Shown in pieces: positions 16,939 through 27,350 of a DNA stretch of 32,000 nucleotides. Both the position numbers and the translations under genes were made by a program. The DNA comes from Halorhodospira halophila SL1 (lineage in GTDB: Bacteria; Pseudomonadota; Gammaproteobacteria; Nitrococcales; Halorhodospiraceae), in contig NC_008789.1 of assembly GCF_000015585.1 (NCBI RefSeq), positions 2,640,001 to 2,672,000 of the forward strand, in the 5' to 3' direction. Numbering within the stretch: position 1 is the stretch's first letter; each line of letters begins with the position of its first letter. A model generated the notes under the pieces. The model saw nothing but the letters and a program-made list of their open reading frames with translations, ran no database searches and had not been told where the DNA came from.

Positions 16939-18351
16939 TCACCGCGAGCTGGTGGAGAAATCCGGGTCGTCGTCGAACGGGACATCCGCCGCCGAGAAGG
17001 GGCGCTTGGCGTGCGCCGGCTCCTCCACGGAGCCCACCCCCTCCGGCCCGTTACGCACGATCCGCGTGACGTAGTAGAGGCCGGCAGTAAAGATCACGGC
17101 GTAGACCACCACATACCCGATCAGGGTCACCAGCGCCATCCAGCCGGTCAGCGACGGCGTCACCCCTTCGGCCAGGGTCATCTGGCCGTAGATCAACCAC
17201 GGCTGACGGCCGATCTCGGTAACGAACCAGCCGGTGAGCACCGCCACGAAGGGCAGCGGGATCATCAACTGGAGTGTGTGCAGGAACGGTCGACTCTCAA
17301 ACAGCCGACCGCGCATGCGCAGCCAGGCGCTCCACAGAGCCACCAGCAGCATCACCACGCCGATCCCGACCATGATGCGGAACGACCAGAAGACGATCCC
17401 CACCGGCGGCCGCTCCTCGGCACTGACCTCCTTGAGCCCGGGCACCTCACCGTCCCACTGGTGGGTCAGGATGAAACTGGCGAGATTGGGAATGCCCACG
17501 GCCAGGTGGTTGGTCTCGGCGGCCGAGTCGGGGATAGCGAAGAGGTACAAGGGGGCGCCCTCGCGGGTCTCCCAGGCGCCTTCCATGGCGGCGACTTTGG
17601 TGGGCTGATGCTCAAAGGAGTTCAGCCCGTGGATGTCGCCCATGAAGATCTGCGCCGGGGCGACCAGCAGCAGCAGCCACAGGGTCATGCTCAGCGCCTT
17701 GCGGTTCATCTCCACGGCGCGGTTGCGCAGCAGGAAGTAGGCGCTGACGCCGGCAACGACGAAACCACCAGTGAGCAGCGAGGCCAGCGCCACGTGCCCG
17801 AAGCGGGGCCACAGCGAGGGGTTGAAGATCGCCTCGGCCCAGGAGGTGACGTGGACGATGCCATCGCGGAACTCGAAGCCCTGCGGGGTGTGCATCCAGG
17901 AGTTGGCGGAGAGGATCCAGAACGAGGAGATGAACGTGCCGATGGCCACCATACAGGCGGCGAACAGGTGCGTTCCCCGCGGGACCCGGTCGCGGCCGAA
18001 GAGCAGAATGCCGAGGAACACGGCCTCGAGGAAGAAGGCGGTCAGCACCTCGTAGGAGAGGATCGGGCCGAGGAAGTTGGCCGTGGCGAAGGAGAACTCA
18101 CTCCAGTTGGTGCCGAACTGGAAGGACATGACCACGCCGGAGACCACGCCCATACCGAAGACCACGGCGAAGATCTTGATCCAGAACTCCGACAGGCGCC
18201 GGTAGGTCGGGCTGTCGGTGCGGTACCACAGCGCCTCGAGGACGGCGATGTAGGCCGCCAGCCCGATGGTGAACACCGGGAACAGGGCGTGGAACGAGAC
18301 CACGAAAGCGAATTGCATCCGCGACAAGAGCAGCGGGTCGAGGGCTTCCAT
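16939..18351 (-). CDS. cydA: Cytochrome bd-type quinol oxidase subunit I (short Q-loop, CioA-like length)
   Basis: The 470-aa product has LSRMQFAFVVSFHALFP (His19 heme ligand context), FLEAVFLG, RFGHVALASL and the hallmark GWFVTEIGRQPW. It is shorter than the long-Q-loop E. coli CydA as I recall its length. Confidence 0.93.
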   Translation of the reverse strand: MEALDPLLLSRMQFAFVVSFHALFPVFTIGLAAYIAVLEALWYRTDSPTYRRLSEFWIKIFAVVFGMGVVSGVVMSFQFGTNWSEFSFATANFLGPILSYEVLTAFFLEAVFLGILLFGRDRVPRGTHLFAACMVAIGTFISSFWILSANSWMHTPQGFEFRDGIVHVTSWAEAIFNPSLWPRFGHVALASLLTGGFVVAGVSAYFLLRNRAVEMNRKALSMTLWLLLLVAPAQIFMGDIHGLNSFEHQPTKVAAMEGAWETREGAPLYLFAIPDSAAETNHLAVGIPNLASFILTHQWDGEVPGLKEVSAEERPPVGIVFWSFRIMVGIGVVMLLVALWSAWLRMRGRLFESRPFLHTLQLMIPLPFVAVLTGWFVTEIGRQPWLIYGQMTLAEGVTPSLTGWMALVTLIGYVVVYAVIFTAGLYYVTRIVRNGPEGVGSVEEPAHAKRPFSAADVPFDDDPDFSTSSR

Positions 18352-18385
18352 CGTAGCGGCACCTCCTGCCTGAGAACTGAATCCG

Positions 18386-18402
18386 GCACCGCCGGGCGGT
18401 GC
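18386..18402. promoter_or_regulatory. Perfect 17-nt palindrome GCACCGCC-G-GGCGGTGC in the cydA upstream region; candidate operator or 5'-UTR hairpin
   Basis: Read directly from the sequence: 8-bp arms around one central base. It lies 35-51 nt upstream of the cydA ATG (18351). Confidence 0.4.
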
Positions 18403-18501
18403 ATGCAGCGCCGATCGGGCGCTTGAATCAACGAAACCTTAACTAAAGGGGTTCTAAATAACCACCCGTCCGTGGGCCGATGCGGCGCTTCCGGTCGGCC
18501 A

Positions 18502-21216
18502 TCAGTGGGCCTGTTCCCAATCATCGCCAACACCGAGCTCGACTTCCAAGGGAACCGACACCATGCCGCGATCCGATCCCTCCATCAGCCGGCGCACCTC
18601 ATCGCCCACCGCCGTTGCCTGCGCCTCAGGGACCTCGAGCACCAACTCATCGTGCACCTGCATCACCAGTCGGCTCTCCGGGAAGCGCTCATTGAGCAGG
18701 GCGTCGACGTCGATCATGGCCCGCTTGATGACATCCGCCGCGGTCCCCTGCATAGGGGCATTGATGGCGGTGCGCTCGGCGTACTCGCGGCGCTGACGGT
18801 TGCGGCTGTGGATCTCCGGGACGTGCAGTCGGCGGCCAAACACGGTCTCCACATAACCCTGCTCCCGGGCCTGCTCGCGCGCCCGATCCATGAAGGCACG
18901 CACACCGGGGTAGCGCTCGAAGTAACGGTCGATGTAGGTCTGCGCCTCGTCGCGCGGGATGCCCAGCTGCCGCCCCAGGCCCCAGGCGGACATGCCGTAG
19001 ATCAGCCCGAAGTTGATCGCCTTGGCGGCGCGGCGCTGCTCGTCGTTGACCTCATCGGCGGCGAAGACCTCGGCGGCGGTGGCGCGGTGGATGTCCTCGC
19101 CCTGCTCGAAGGCCCGGCGCAGGCCCTCATCGCCGGAGAGGTGGGCCATGATGCGAAGCTCGACCTGGGAGTAATCGGCGGTGATCAGCCGGTGCCCGGG
19201 GCTGGCCACGAAGGCCTTGCGGATGCGCCGCCCTTCCGGGGTGCGCACCGGGATGTTCTGCAGGTTGGGATCGGATGAGGAGAGCCGTCCGGTCGCCGCC
19301 ACCGCCTGATGGTAGGAGGTGTGCACACGACCGGTGTCCCGGTGGATCAGCTGCGGCAGCTTGTCGGTATAGGTGGACTTGAGCTTGGACAGCCCCCGAT
19401 GCTCAAGGATCAACCGCGGCAGTTCGTGGCCCCGCGCGCTGAGCTCTTCGAGCACCGACTCGGCGGTAGACGGCTGGCCCTTGGGGGTGCGCTGGATCAC
19501 GGGCAATCCCATACGCTCGAAGAAGATCTCCTGGATCTGCTTGGGTGAGCCGAGGTTGAACGCCTCGCCGGCCTCCTCGTGGGCGCGCTGCTCCACCTCG
19601 GCCATGCGCCCGGCCAGCTCCTCGCTCTGGCGCTCCAGCAGGTCGCAATCGACCCGCACCCCGTGGCGCTCCATGCGCGAAAGAACCGGCAACAGGGGCA
19701 TCTCGAGTTGGCTGAAGACTCGCAGCAGCCCCGATTCGGCCTGCAGCCGGGGGTAAAGAAGTTGATGAAGGCGCAGCGCGATGTCGGCGTCCTCGGCGGC
19801 GTAGTGGCCGGCACGCTCGACGTCGATCTCGGCGAACGGGACCTGCCGCACCCCTTTGCCGCAGAGCTGCTCGTAGCTGGTGACCTCGACCCCCAGGTAC
19901 TTGCTGGCCAGCGAGTCCATGTCGTGGCGGGTCGCCGTGGAGTCGAGGACGTAGGACTCGAGCATACTGTCGTAGGCCACCCCGCGCAGCTCGATCCCGT
20001 AGCGGGCCAGGACACTCATGTCGTACTTGAGGTTCTGACCCATCTTCTCCGGCTGCTCGGCCTCGAGCAGGGGGCGCAGCGCGTCGAGCACCCGGTCCCG
20101 GTCGAGCTGGTCCGGGGCACCGGGCCCGCAGTGGGCCACGGGCAGATAGGCGGCCTGCCCCGGCTCGACAGCCAACGACACGCCGACGATCTCGGCATCC
20201 ATGTAGTTGAGGCTGTTCGTCTCCAGGTCGATGGAGAAGGCATCGGCGTTGCGTAGCCGCTCCATCCAGGCGGCGAGACCGTGGTCGTCGAGGACCACCT
20301 CGTAGGCCACCTCGGGCGCGTTGGGGGGGAGACTGGCGCCGGTGCCGTCGGCTGCGGCGGCGGCGTCGCCGGCCTGCAGCTCGGCGAGGAAGCGACGCAT
20401 ACCGTAGCGCTGATAGAGCCCACCGAGGGTCTCGCGGTCCGGGCTCTGGCGAACCAGGTCCTCCGGGGCGACCTCGAGGGCCAGGTCGCAGCGGATGGTG
20501 ACCAGATCCACCGACAGCGGCAGCTCGTCGAGATGGGCGCGGAGGCTCTCGCCGACCTTACCGCGGATCTCGTCGGCCTGCTCGCGCAGTGCGTCGAGGC
20601 TGCCGTAGGCATTGAGCCACTTGGCAGCGGTCTTCGGTCCGACCTTGGGAACACCGGGGATGTTGTCCGAGGTGTCGCCCACTAGGGCCAGGTAGTCGCG
20701 GATCAACTCGGGGGGGACACCAAACTTCTCGCGCACCCCCTCCGGGTCCAGACGGGTGCCGCTCATGGTGTTGAGCAAGGTCACCTGTTCGTCCACCAGC
20801 TGCGCCATGTCCTTGTCCGTGGTGGAAATCAGGACCGGCCCCGAGGCGCGCGCGGCCAGGGTCCCGATGACATCGTCGGCCTCCACACCGGGCACCTCGA
20901 GCACCGGCACCCCGAGCGCAGCGATGATCGCCTTGAGCGGCTCCCGCTGGGCACGCAGTTCATCGGGCATGGGTGGCCGGTGCGCCTTGTACTGCTCGAA
21001 GAGCTCATCGCGAAAGGTCTTGCCCGGGGCGTCGAAGACCACGGCGAAGCGCGCCTCGGGCTCCTCGGCAAGGAGCTTGTGGAGCATGTTAACCACGCCG
21101 TAGAGCGCCCCGGTCGGTTCGCCGTTGGCGTTGGTCAGTGCCGGCAGGGCGTGGAAGGCGCGGTAGAGGTAGGAGGAGCCGTCCACCAGGACCAGGCGGT
21201 CGTCCGGTTGTGTCAT
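18502..21216 (-). CDS. polA: DNA polymerase I
   Basis: The 904-aa product has a 5'-nuclease N-terminus (LVLVDGSSYLYRAFHALP), a 3'-5' exonuclease domain and polymerase motifs (DYSQVELRIMAHLS, RRAAKAINFGLIYG, QVHDELVLEV). Confidence 0.97.
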   Translation of the reverse strand: MTQPDDRLVLVDGSSYLYRAFHALPALTNANGEPTGALYGVVNMLHKLLAEEPEARFAVVFDAPGKTFRDELFEQYKAHRPPMPDELRAQREPLKAIIAALGVPVLEVPGVEADDVIGTLAARASGPVLISTTDKDMAQLVDEQVTLLNTMSGTRLDPEGVREKFGVPPELIRDYLALVGDTSDNIPGVPKVGPKTAAKWLNAYGSLDALREQADEIRGKVGESLRAHLDELPLSVDLVTIRCDLALEVAPEDLVRQSPDRETLGGLYQRYGMRRFLAELQAGDAAAAADGTGASLPPNAPEVAYEVVLDDHGLAAWMERLRNADAFSIDLETNSLNYMDAEIVGVSLAVEPGQAAYLPVAHCGPGAPDQLDRDRVLDALRPLLEAEQPEKMGQNLKYDMSVLARYGIELRGVAYDSMLESYVLDSTATRHDMDSLASKYLGVEVTSYEQLCGKGVRQVPFAEIDVERAGHYAAEDADIALRLHQLLYPRLQAESGLLRVFSQLEMPLLPVLSRMERHGVRVDCDLLERQSEELAGRMAEVEQRAHEEAGEAFNLGSPKQIQEIFFERMGLPVIQRTPKGQPSTAESVLEELSARGHELPRLILEHRGLSKLKSTYTDKLPQLIHRDTGRVHTSYHQAVAATGRLSSSDPNLQNIPVRTPEGRRIRKAFVASPGHRLITADYSQVELRIMAHLSGDEGLRRAFEQGEDIHRATAAEVFAADEVNDEQRRAAKAINFGLIYGMSAWGLGRQLGIPRDEAQTYIDRYFERYPGVRAFMDRAREQAREQGYVETVFGRRLHVPEIHSRNRQRREYAERTAINAPMQGTAADVIKRAMIDVDALLNERFPESRLVMQVHDELVLEVPEAQATAVGDEVRRLMEGSDRGMVSVPLEVELGVGDDWEQAH

Positions 21217-21229
21217 GCGTTCGCTCTCT

Positions 21230-21259
21230 GTGACTGTCAGCGGGCTACGCGGCTATGAT
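21230..21259 (+). promoter_or_regulatory. Candidate sigma-70 promoter for the LOG-family gene
   Basis: The -35 is GTGACT (4 of 6), the spacer is 18 nt and the -10 is TATGAT (5 of 6). It lies about 45 nt upstream of ATG 21307. This is a pattern match only. Confidence 0.3.
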
Positions 21260-21306
21260 AAAGGTTGCAGGCCCGGACACGATCAACAGCGCAGCCACGG
21301 AGCCCT

Positions 21307-22032
21307 ATGGATCCCAAGAACCCCTTCGCGCACCAGGAGCGCATCCCGCTGAACGGTGCCACCCTCACCCGCGAGTCCTGGAAGATCTTCCAGATCATGG
21401 CCGAGTTCGTGGAGGGCTTCGAGCGCCTGTCGGCGATCAAACCCTCGGTGAGCATCTTCGGCTCGGCCCGGGTTGCCCCGGATCATCCCTACTACCAGCT
21501 CGCTGAGCAGGTGGCGCGGGAGGTCTCCGACGCCGGCTTCTCGGTGGTCAGCGGCGGCGGCGGGGGCATCATGGAGGCAGCCAACAAGGGGGCCCAGGCG
21601 GGCAAGTCGCCCAGCGTGGGCCTCAACATCCAGCTGCCCAAGGAGCAGGAGGCGAATCCGTACCAGGACATCGCCCTGCACTTCCGGCACTTCTTCTCGC
21701 GCAAGGTGATGTTCGTCAAGTACGCCTCGGCCTACGTGGTGCTGCCCGGCGGGTTCGGGACGCTGGACGAGCTGGCCGAGATCCTCACCCTGGTCCAGAC
21801 CGGGAAGACGCCAAAGATCCCCATCATCCTGGTACACAGCCCGTTCTGGGAGAAGCTGGTGGAGTGGTTCCAGGAGCGGCTGGTGGCCGAGGCGGCCATC
21901 GATGCCGACGACATGCACCTGTTCAAGGTCGTGGATACCCCGGAGGAGGTGGTGGCAGCCATCTTCGATCACTACGAGGACCGCGGCTTCCAGCCCTCCC
22001 GCGAGGAGCGGGAGATCCTGCTCGATCTCTAG
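21307..22032 (+). CDS. LOG-family (TIGR00730, lysine-decarboxylase-like) nucleotide phosphoribohydrolase
   Basis: ORF 21265..22032. The start was chosen at ATG 21307 (MDPKNPF), since the 21265 start is TTG. Motifs VSGGGGGIMEAANKGA and LPGGFGTLDELAEIL (PGGxGTxxE) are diagnostic of the family. Confidence 0.88.
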   Translation: MDPKNPFAHQERIPLNGATLTRESWKIFQIMAEFVEGFERLSAIKPSVSIFGSARVAPDHPYYQLAEQVAREVSDAGFSVVSGGGGGIMEAANKGAQAGKSPSVGLNIQLPKEQEANPYQDIALHFRHFFSRKVMFVKYASAYVVLPGGFGTLDELAEILTLVQTGKTPKIPIILVHSPFWEKLVEWFQERLVAEAAIDADDMHLFKVVDTPEEVVAAIFDHYEDRGFQPSREEREILLDL

Positions 22033-22045
22033 AGGAGCGCCCGCC

Positions 22046-22411
22046 ATGATGAGTAAGCGGGTTGCCGCCGGTGCCGCTGGGGTCGGCCTGGCGATGCTGC
22101 TGAGCGCTCAGGCCGCCGGCGGCTTCGAGGCCGATGAGCGGATCACGGTGACACCACCGCCGCCGCCCGAGGCCCTGGTGCGTGACGAACCGGACCTCGA
22201 GCCGACGGTCACCATCGTCCAGCGCGACTGGGCGGTCATCGAGGAGTACCGGGTGGACGGACAGATCTACGCGGTACGCATCCAGCCCGCCGTCGGGCCG
22301 CCGTACCTGCTCTACGACACGACCGGAGACGGCGTCCTCGACGGCAGCGGGGGCGACTACCACGCCCACGACCCGCCGCGCACACCGCTATGGCGGCTGT
22401 TCAGCTGGTAG
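22046..22411 (+). CDS. Small secreted protein, probably DUF2782 family
   Basis: ORF 21902..22411. The start was chosen at ATG 22046, 7 nt after GAGGAG. The signal peptide is MMSKRVAAGAAGVGLAMLLSAQAAG. The core VTIVQRDWAVIEEYRVDGQIYAVRIQPAVGPPYLLYDTTGDG...LWRLFSW resembles polA-linked DUF2782 proteins as I recall them, which I cannot verify here. Confidence 0.7.
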   Translation: MMSKRVAAGAAGVGLAMLLSAQAAGGFEADERITVTPPPPPEALVRDEPDLEPTVTIVQRDWAVIEEYRVDGQIYAVRIQPAVGPPYLLYDTTGDGVLDGSGGDYHAHDPPRTPLWRLFSW

Positions 22412-24578
22412 CCGGTTCCAGGCCGGCGCGGCCGGCGATCAGCCACTTGGTCCCGGCGCTATCGAACCGGACCTGCAGGCGGGCATTGGGGCCGCTGCCC
22501 TCACAGTGAAGGAGCACGCCGTCGCCGAACCGCGGGTGGTGGACACGGCTGCCCAGACTCAACCCCTCGGGCGGGGCGTCGGCCGGCAGCGACGAGCCGC
22601 TCCCGCCGGACGCAGGCACCGACGGGGGCCCCCGCCGTACGGACATGCGTGGACGGACCTCCTCGAGATGCTCACCGGGTATCTCGGTGAGAAAGCGCGA
22701 TGGCCGGGCCAACTGATCCATGCCGTGCAGGCGCCGCTTCTCGGCGTGGGTCAGGATCAGCCGCTGCCTGGCCCGGGTCATGCCGACATAGCACAGCCTG
22801 CGCTCCTCCTCCAGACGGCCGGGCTCCTCGACGGACATGCGGTGGGGGAACAACCCCTCCTCCATCCCTACTAAAAAGACCACCGGGAACTCCAGCCCCT
22901 TGGCCGAGTGCAGGGTCATCAGCTGCACCGAGTGCTCCCAGTCGTCGGCCTGCCCCTCGCCGGCCTCCAGGGCGGCGTGGGTGAGAAAGGCCGCCAGGGG
23001 GTCCAGATCATCTTCCGGCTCATCGCGCTGGGCGAAGGTGCGCGCGGCGGTCACCAGCTCGTCGAGGTTCTCCAGACGGGCCTCGTCTCGCTCGTGGTGG
23101 CGGCGCAAGTCGGTGCGGGCGATCACCTGCTCCACCTGATCGTGGAGCGGTCGGTCGGTGAGCTCACTGTCCAGGGCGTCGATGCGTTCCAGGAAGCTGG
23201 CCAAGGCGTTGCGCGCCCGGGCGGCCAGGGCCCGGCTGCCGGTCAGCTCCCGGGCGGCCCGCCACATCGAAACGTCGGCCTCCCGGGCGGCGTAGCGGAC
23301 CGCGTCGACGGTCTTGGCGCCGATGCCGCGCGGCGGGGTGTTGACCACCCGTTCGAAGCTGGCGTCGTCGTGGCGATTGGCCACCAGGCGCAGGTAGGCC
23401 AGGGCATCCTTGACCTCGGCGCGTTCGAAGAAGCGCAGCCCCCCGTAGACGCGGAACGGCAGCCGGGCGGCGTGGAGTTCGTGCTCGAGGGCGCGGGACT
23501 GGGCGTTGGAGCGGTAGAGGATGGCGAAGTCGGCATGGCCGTAGCCGCCCTCCTCGCTCAGCTGGCGAATACGATCGACCACCCAGCGCGCCTCGTCGAC
23601 CTCGTTGAACGCGGCGTAGAGGGTGATCGGCTCGCCGCTCCAGCCGTCGGTCCACAGCTGCTTGCCCAGCCGGCCGCTGTTGTGCTCGATCAGCCGGTTG
23701 GCAGCGTCGAGGATGGTGCCGGTGGAGCGGTAGTTCTGCTCCAGGCGGACCACCCGGACGTCGCCCATCTCCCGCCGGAAGTGCTCGATGTTCTCCACCC
23801 GGGCACCCCGCCAGCCGTAGATGGACTGGTCGTCGTCGCCGACAACAAACAGCTCCGACTGCTCGCCGCCGAGCAGCTTCAGCCAGCGATACTGCAGGGC
23901 ATTGGTGTCCTGGAACTCGTCGACCAGGATGTGGGCAAAGCGCCGCTGGTAGTGGCCAAGGAGCTCGGGGTCGTCGCGCAGCAGCTCGTAGGCGCGCAGC
24001 AGCAACTCGGAGAAATCCACCAAGCCACCACGACGGCACGCCTGCTCGTAATCGTGGTAGACGGCCAGCAGCTCCTGCTGATAATCGCCCCCGGCCTCGG
24101 TCACGTCGCTGGGACGCTCCCCCTCCTCCTTGCGCGCGCTGATGAATCCCCGCACCTGGCGCGGCGGGAAGCGGGACTCGTCGTTGCCCCGGGCGCGCAG
24201 GACCCGCTTGACCACGCGCAGCTGGTCATCGGCATCGAGGATCTGGAAACCTTCGGGGAGCCCAGCGCGCTGGGCGTGCTGACGCAACAGACGGTGGGCG
24301 ATGCCGTGGAAGGTGCCGACCCACATGCCGGCGGTAGCGATGCCGAGGAGTTCGCCGATGCGCCCGCGCATCTCGCCGGCCGCCTTGTTGGTGAAGGTGA
24401 CCGCCAGGATGGCGAACGGCGAAGCCCCCTCGACCTGCACCAGGTAGGCGGCGCGCCGGGTGAGCACGCGGGTCTTGCCACTGCCGGCCCCGGCCAACAC
24501 CAGGGCGCGGCCCGGAGGCAGGCACACGGCCTCGCGCTGGGCATCGTTGAGATCCGCGGTCAGGGCATCGATGGGCAT
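22401..24578 (-). CDS. uvrD: DNA helicase II UvrD (SF1A)
   Basis: ORF 22401..24626. The start was chosen at M17 (MPIDALTADLNDAQREAV). The product is near-colinear with E. coli UvrD as I remember it: LVLAGAGSGKTRVL, VTFTNKAAGEMR, ILVDEFQDTN, VVGDDDQSIYGWRGA, LEQNYRST, LMTLHSAKGLEFP, YVGMTRA and the C-terminal tail RLQVRF...KWL. Confidence 0.95.
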   Translation of the reverse strand: MPIDALTADLNDAQREAVCLPPGRALVLAGAGSGKTRVLTRRAAYLVQVEGASPFAILAVTFTNKAAGEMRGRIGELLGIATAGMWVGTFHGIAHRLLRQHAQRAGLPEGFQILDADDQLRVVKRVLRARGNDESRFPPRQVRGFISARKEEGERPSDVTEAGGDYQQELLAVYHDYEQACRRGGLVDFSELLLRAYELLRDDPELLGHYQRRFAHILVDEFQDTNALQYRWLKLLGGEQSELFVVGDDDQSIYGWRGARVENIEHFRREMGDVRVVRLEQNYRSTGTILDAANRLIEHNSGRLGKQLWTDGWSGEPITLYAAFNEVDEARWVVDRIRQLSEEGGYGHADFAILYRSNAQSRALEHELHAARLPFRVYGGLRFFERAEVKDALAYLRLVANRHDDASFERVVNTPPRGIGAKTVDAVRYAAREADVSMWRAARELTGSRALAARARNALASFLERIDALDSELTDRPLHDQVEQVIARTDLRRHHERDEARLENLDELVTAARTFAQRDEPEDDLDPLAAFLTHAALEAGEGQADDWEHSVQLMTLHSAKGLEFPVVFLVGMEEGLFPHRMSVEEPGRLEEERRLCYVGMTRARQRLILTHAEKRRLHGMDQLARPSRFLTEIPGEHLEEVRPRMSVRRGPPSVPASGGSGSSLPADAPPEGLSLGSRVHHPRFGDGVLLHCEGSGPNARLQVRFDSAGTKWLIAGRAGLEPATS

Positions 24579-24579
24579 A

Positions 24580-25506
24580 TCAGGCTGCCGGCAGGGTCTG
24601 GGTCGGGTCTTGAAGCACCGCGGCACTGCGCATCCGTTCGACCAGCTCGCGGAAGGTGGGTTCGCGGGCGGTGCCCACCCGCCAGTAGAGGGCCAGGTCG
24701 CGACTGGGGGCAGGTTCGGCGAAGGGCCGCAGGCTAATGGCAGCGTGATCCGGGCCCAGGCGCGAGGCGGCCGCCGCCAGAGCCGGCAACAGGGTCACGC
24801 CGACCCCGGCGGCCACCATCTGGCGCAGGGTCTCGAGGCTCGTGGCGCGGAACGCCGCCGCCTCGCCCACGTCGTTGCGCCGGCACAGTTCCAGGGCCTG
24901 TTCGCGCAGGCAGTGCCCCTCCTCGAGGAGCATCAGTTCGGTCTGCTGCAGATCCTTGGCGTCGACCGGTTCCGGGCGATCCAGGTCGTGGCCGCGGGGC
25001 ACCGCCAGATAGAACGGCTCATGGCAGAGCGGTTCGGAGACCAGGTCGTCGCCGGCGATCGGCGAGGCCAGGATGGCGCCGTCCAGGCTGCCGGCACGGA
25101 GCTGATCGAGCAGGCGCTGGGTCAGGTCCTCGCGCAGATGCAGGCGCAGGCGCGGATAGCTCTGCGCCAGGTCAGGGATGACGTGGGGCAGCAGGTACGG
25201 GCCGGCGGTGGGGATCACACCCAGGCGGACATCCCCGGTCATCGGCTCGGCCTGGGCCCGTGCCACCTCGACCATGTCGTCGACGGCGCTGAGGATGCTG
25301 CGGGCGCGTTCGGCCAACCGCTCGCCCAGGGGCGTGAGGAGCACCCGGCGGCGGTTGCGCTCGACGAGCTGGACCTCGAGGTACTCCTCGAGCTTTTTCA
25401 GCTGCGTGGAGAGCGTCGGCTGGCTGACATAGCAGGCGCGGGCCGCCCGCCCGAAGTGGCGGTGTTCGGCCACGGCGACCAGGTAGCGGAGGTCGCGCAG
25501 GTTCAT
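24580..25506 (-). CDS. oxyR: LysR-family hydrogen-peroxide sensor and regulator OxyR
   Basis: ORF 24580..25566. The start was chosen at M21 (MNLRDLRYLVAVAEHRHFGRAA..VSQPTLS), which is close to the E. coli OxyR N-terminus. The redox pair is conserved as EEGHCLREQALELC, equivalent to Cys199 and Cys208, followed by FRATSLETLRQMVAAG.G.TLLP. Confidence 0.88.
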   Translation of the reverse strand: MNLRDLRYLVAVAEHRHFGRAARACYVSQPTLSTQLKKLEEYLEVQLVERNRRRVLLTPLGERLAERARSILSAVDDMVEVARAQAEPMTGDVRLGVIPTAGPYLLPHVIPDLAQSYPRLRLHLREDLTQRLLDQLRAGSLDGAILASPIAGDDLVSEPLCHEPFYLAVPRGHDLDRPEPVDAKDLQQTELMLLEEGHCLREQALELCRRNDVGEAAAFRATSLETLRQMVAAGVGVTLLPALAAAASRLGPDHAAISLRPFAEPAPSRDLALYWRVGTAREPTFRELVERMRSAAVLQDPTQTLPAA

Positions 25507-25519
25507 GTGGCGGGTCCTG

Positions 25520-27349
<1,830 letters not shown>

Positions 27350-27350
27350 A

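Noticed and set aside
18423-18431. TTGAATCAA upstream of cydA, considered as an FNR/ANR box.
   Set aside because: The canonical site is TTGAT-N4-ATCAA (14 bp). Here the half-sites are collapsed to a 9-mer with a 1-nt centre, so it cannot be called an FNR site. It is kept only as part of the description of the region.
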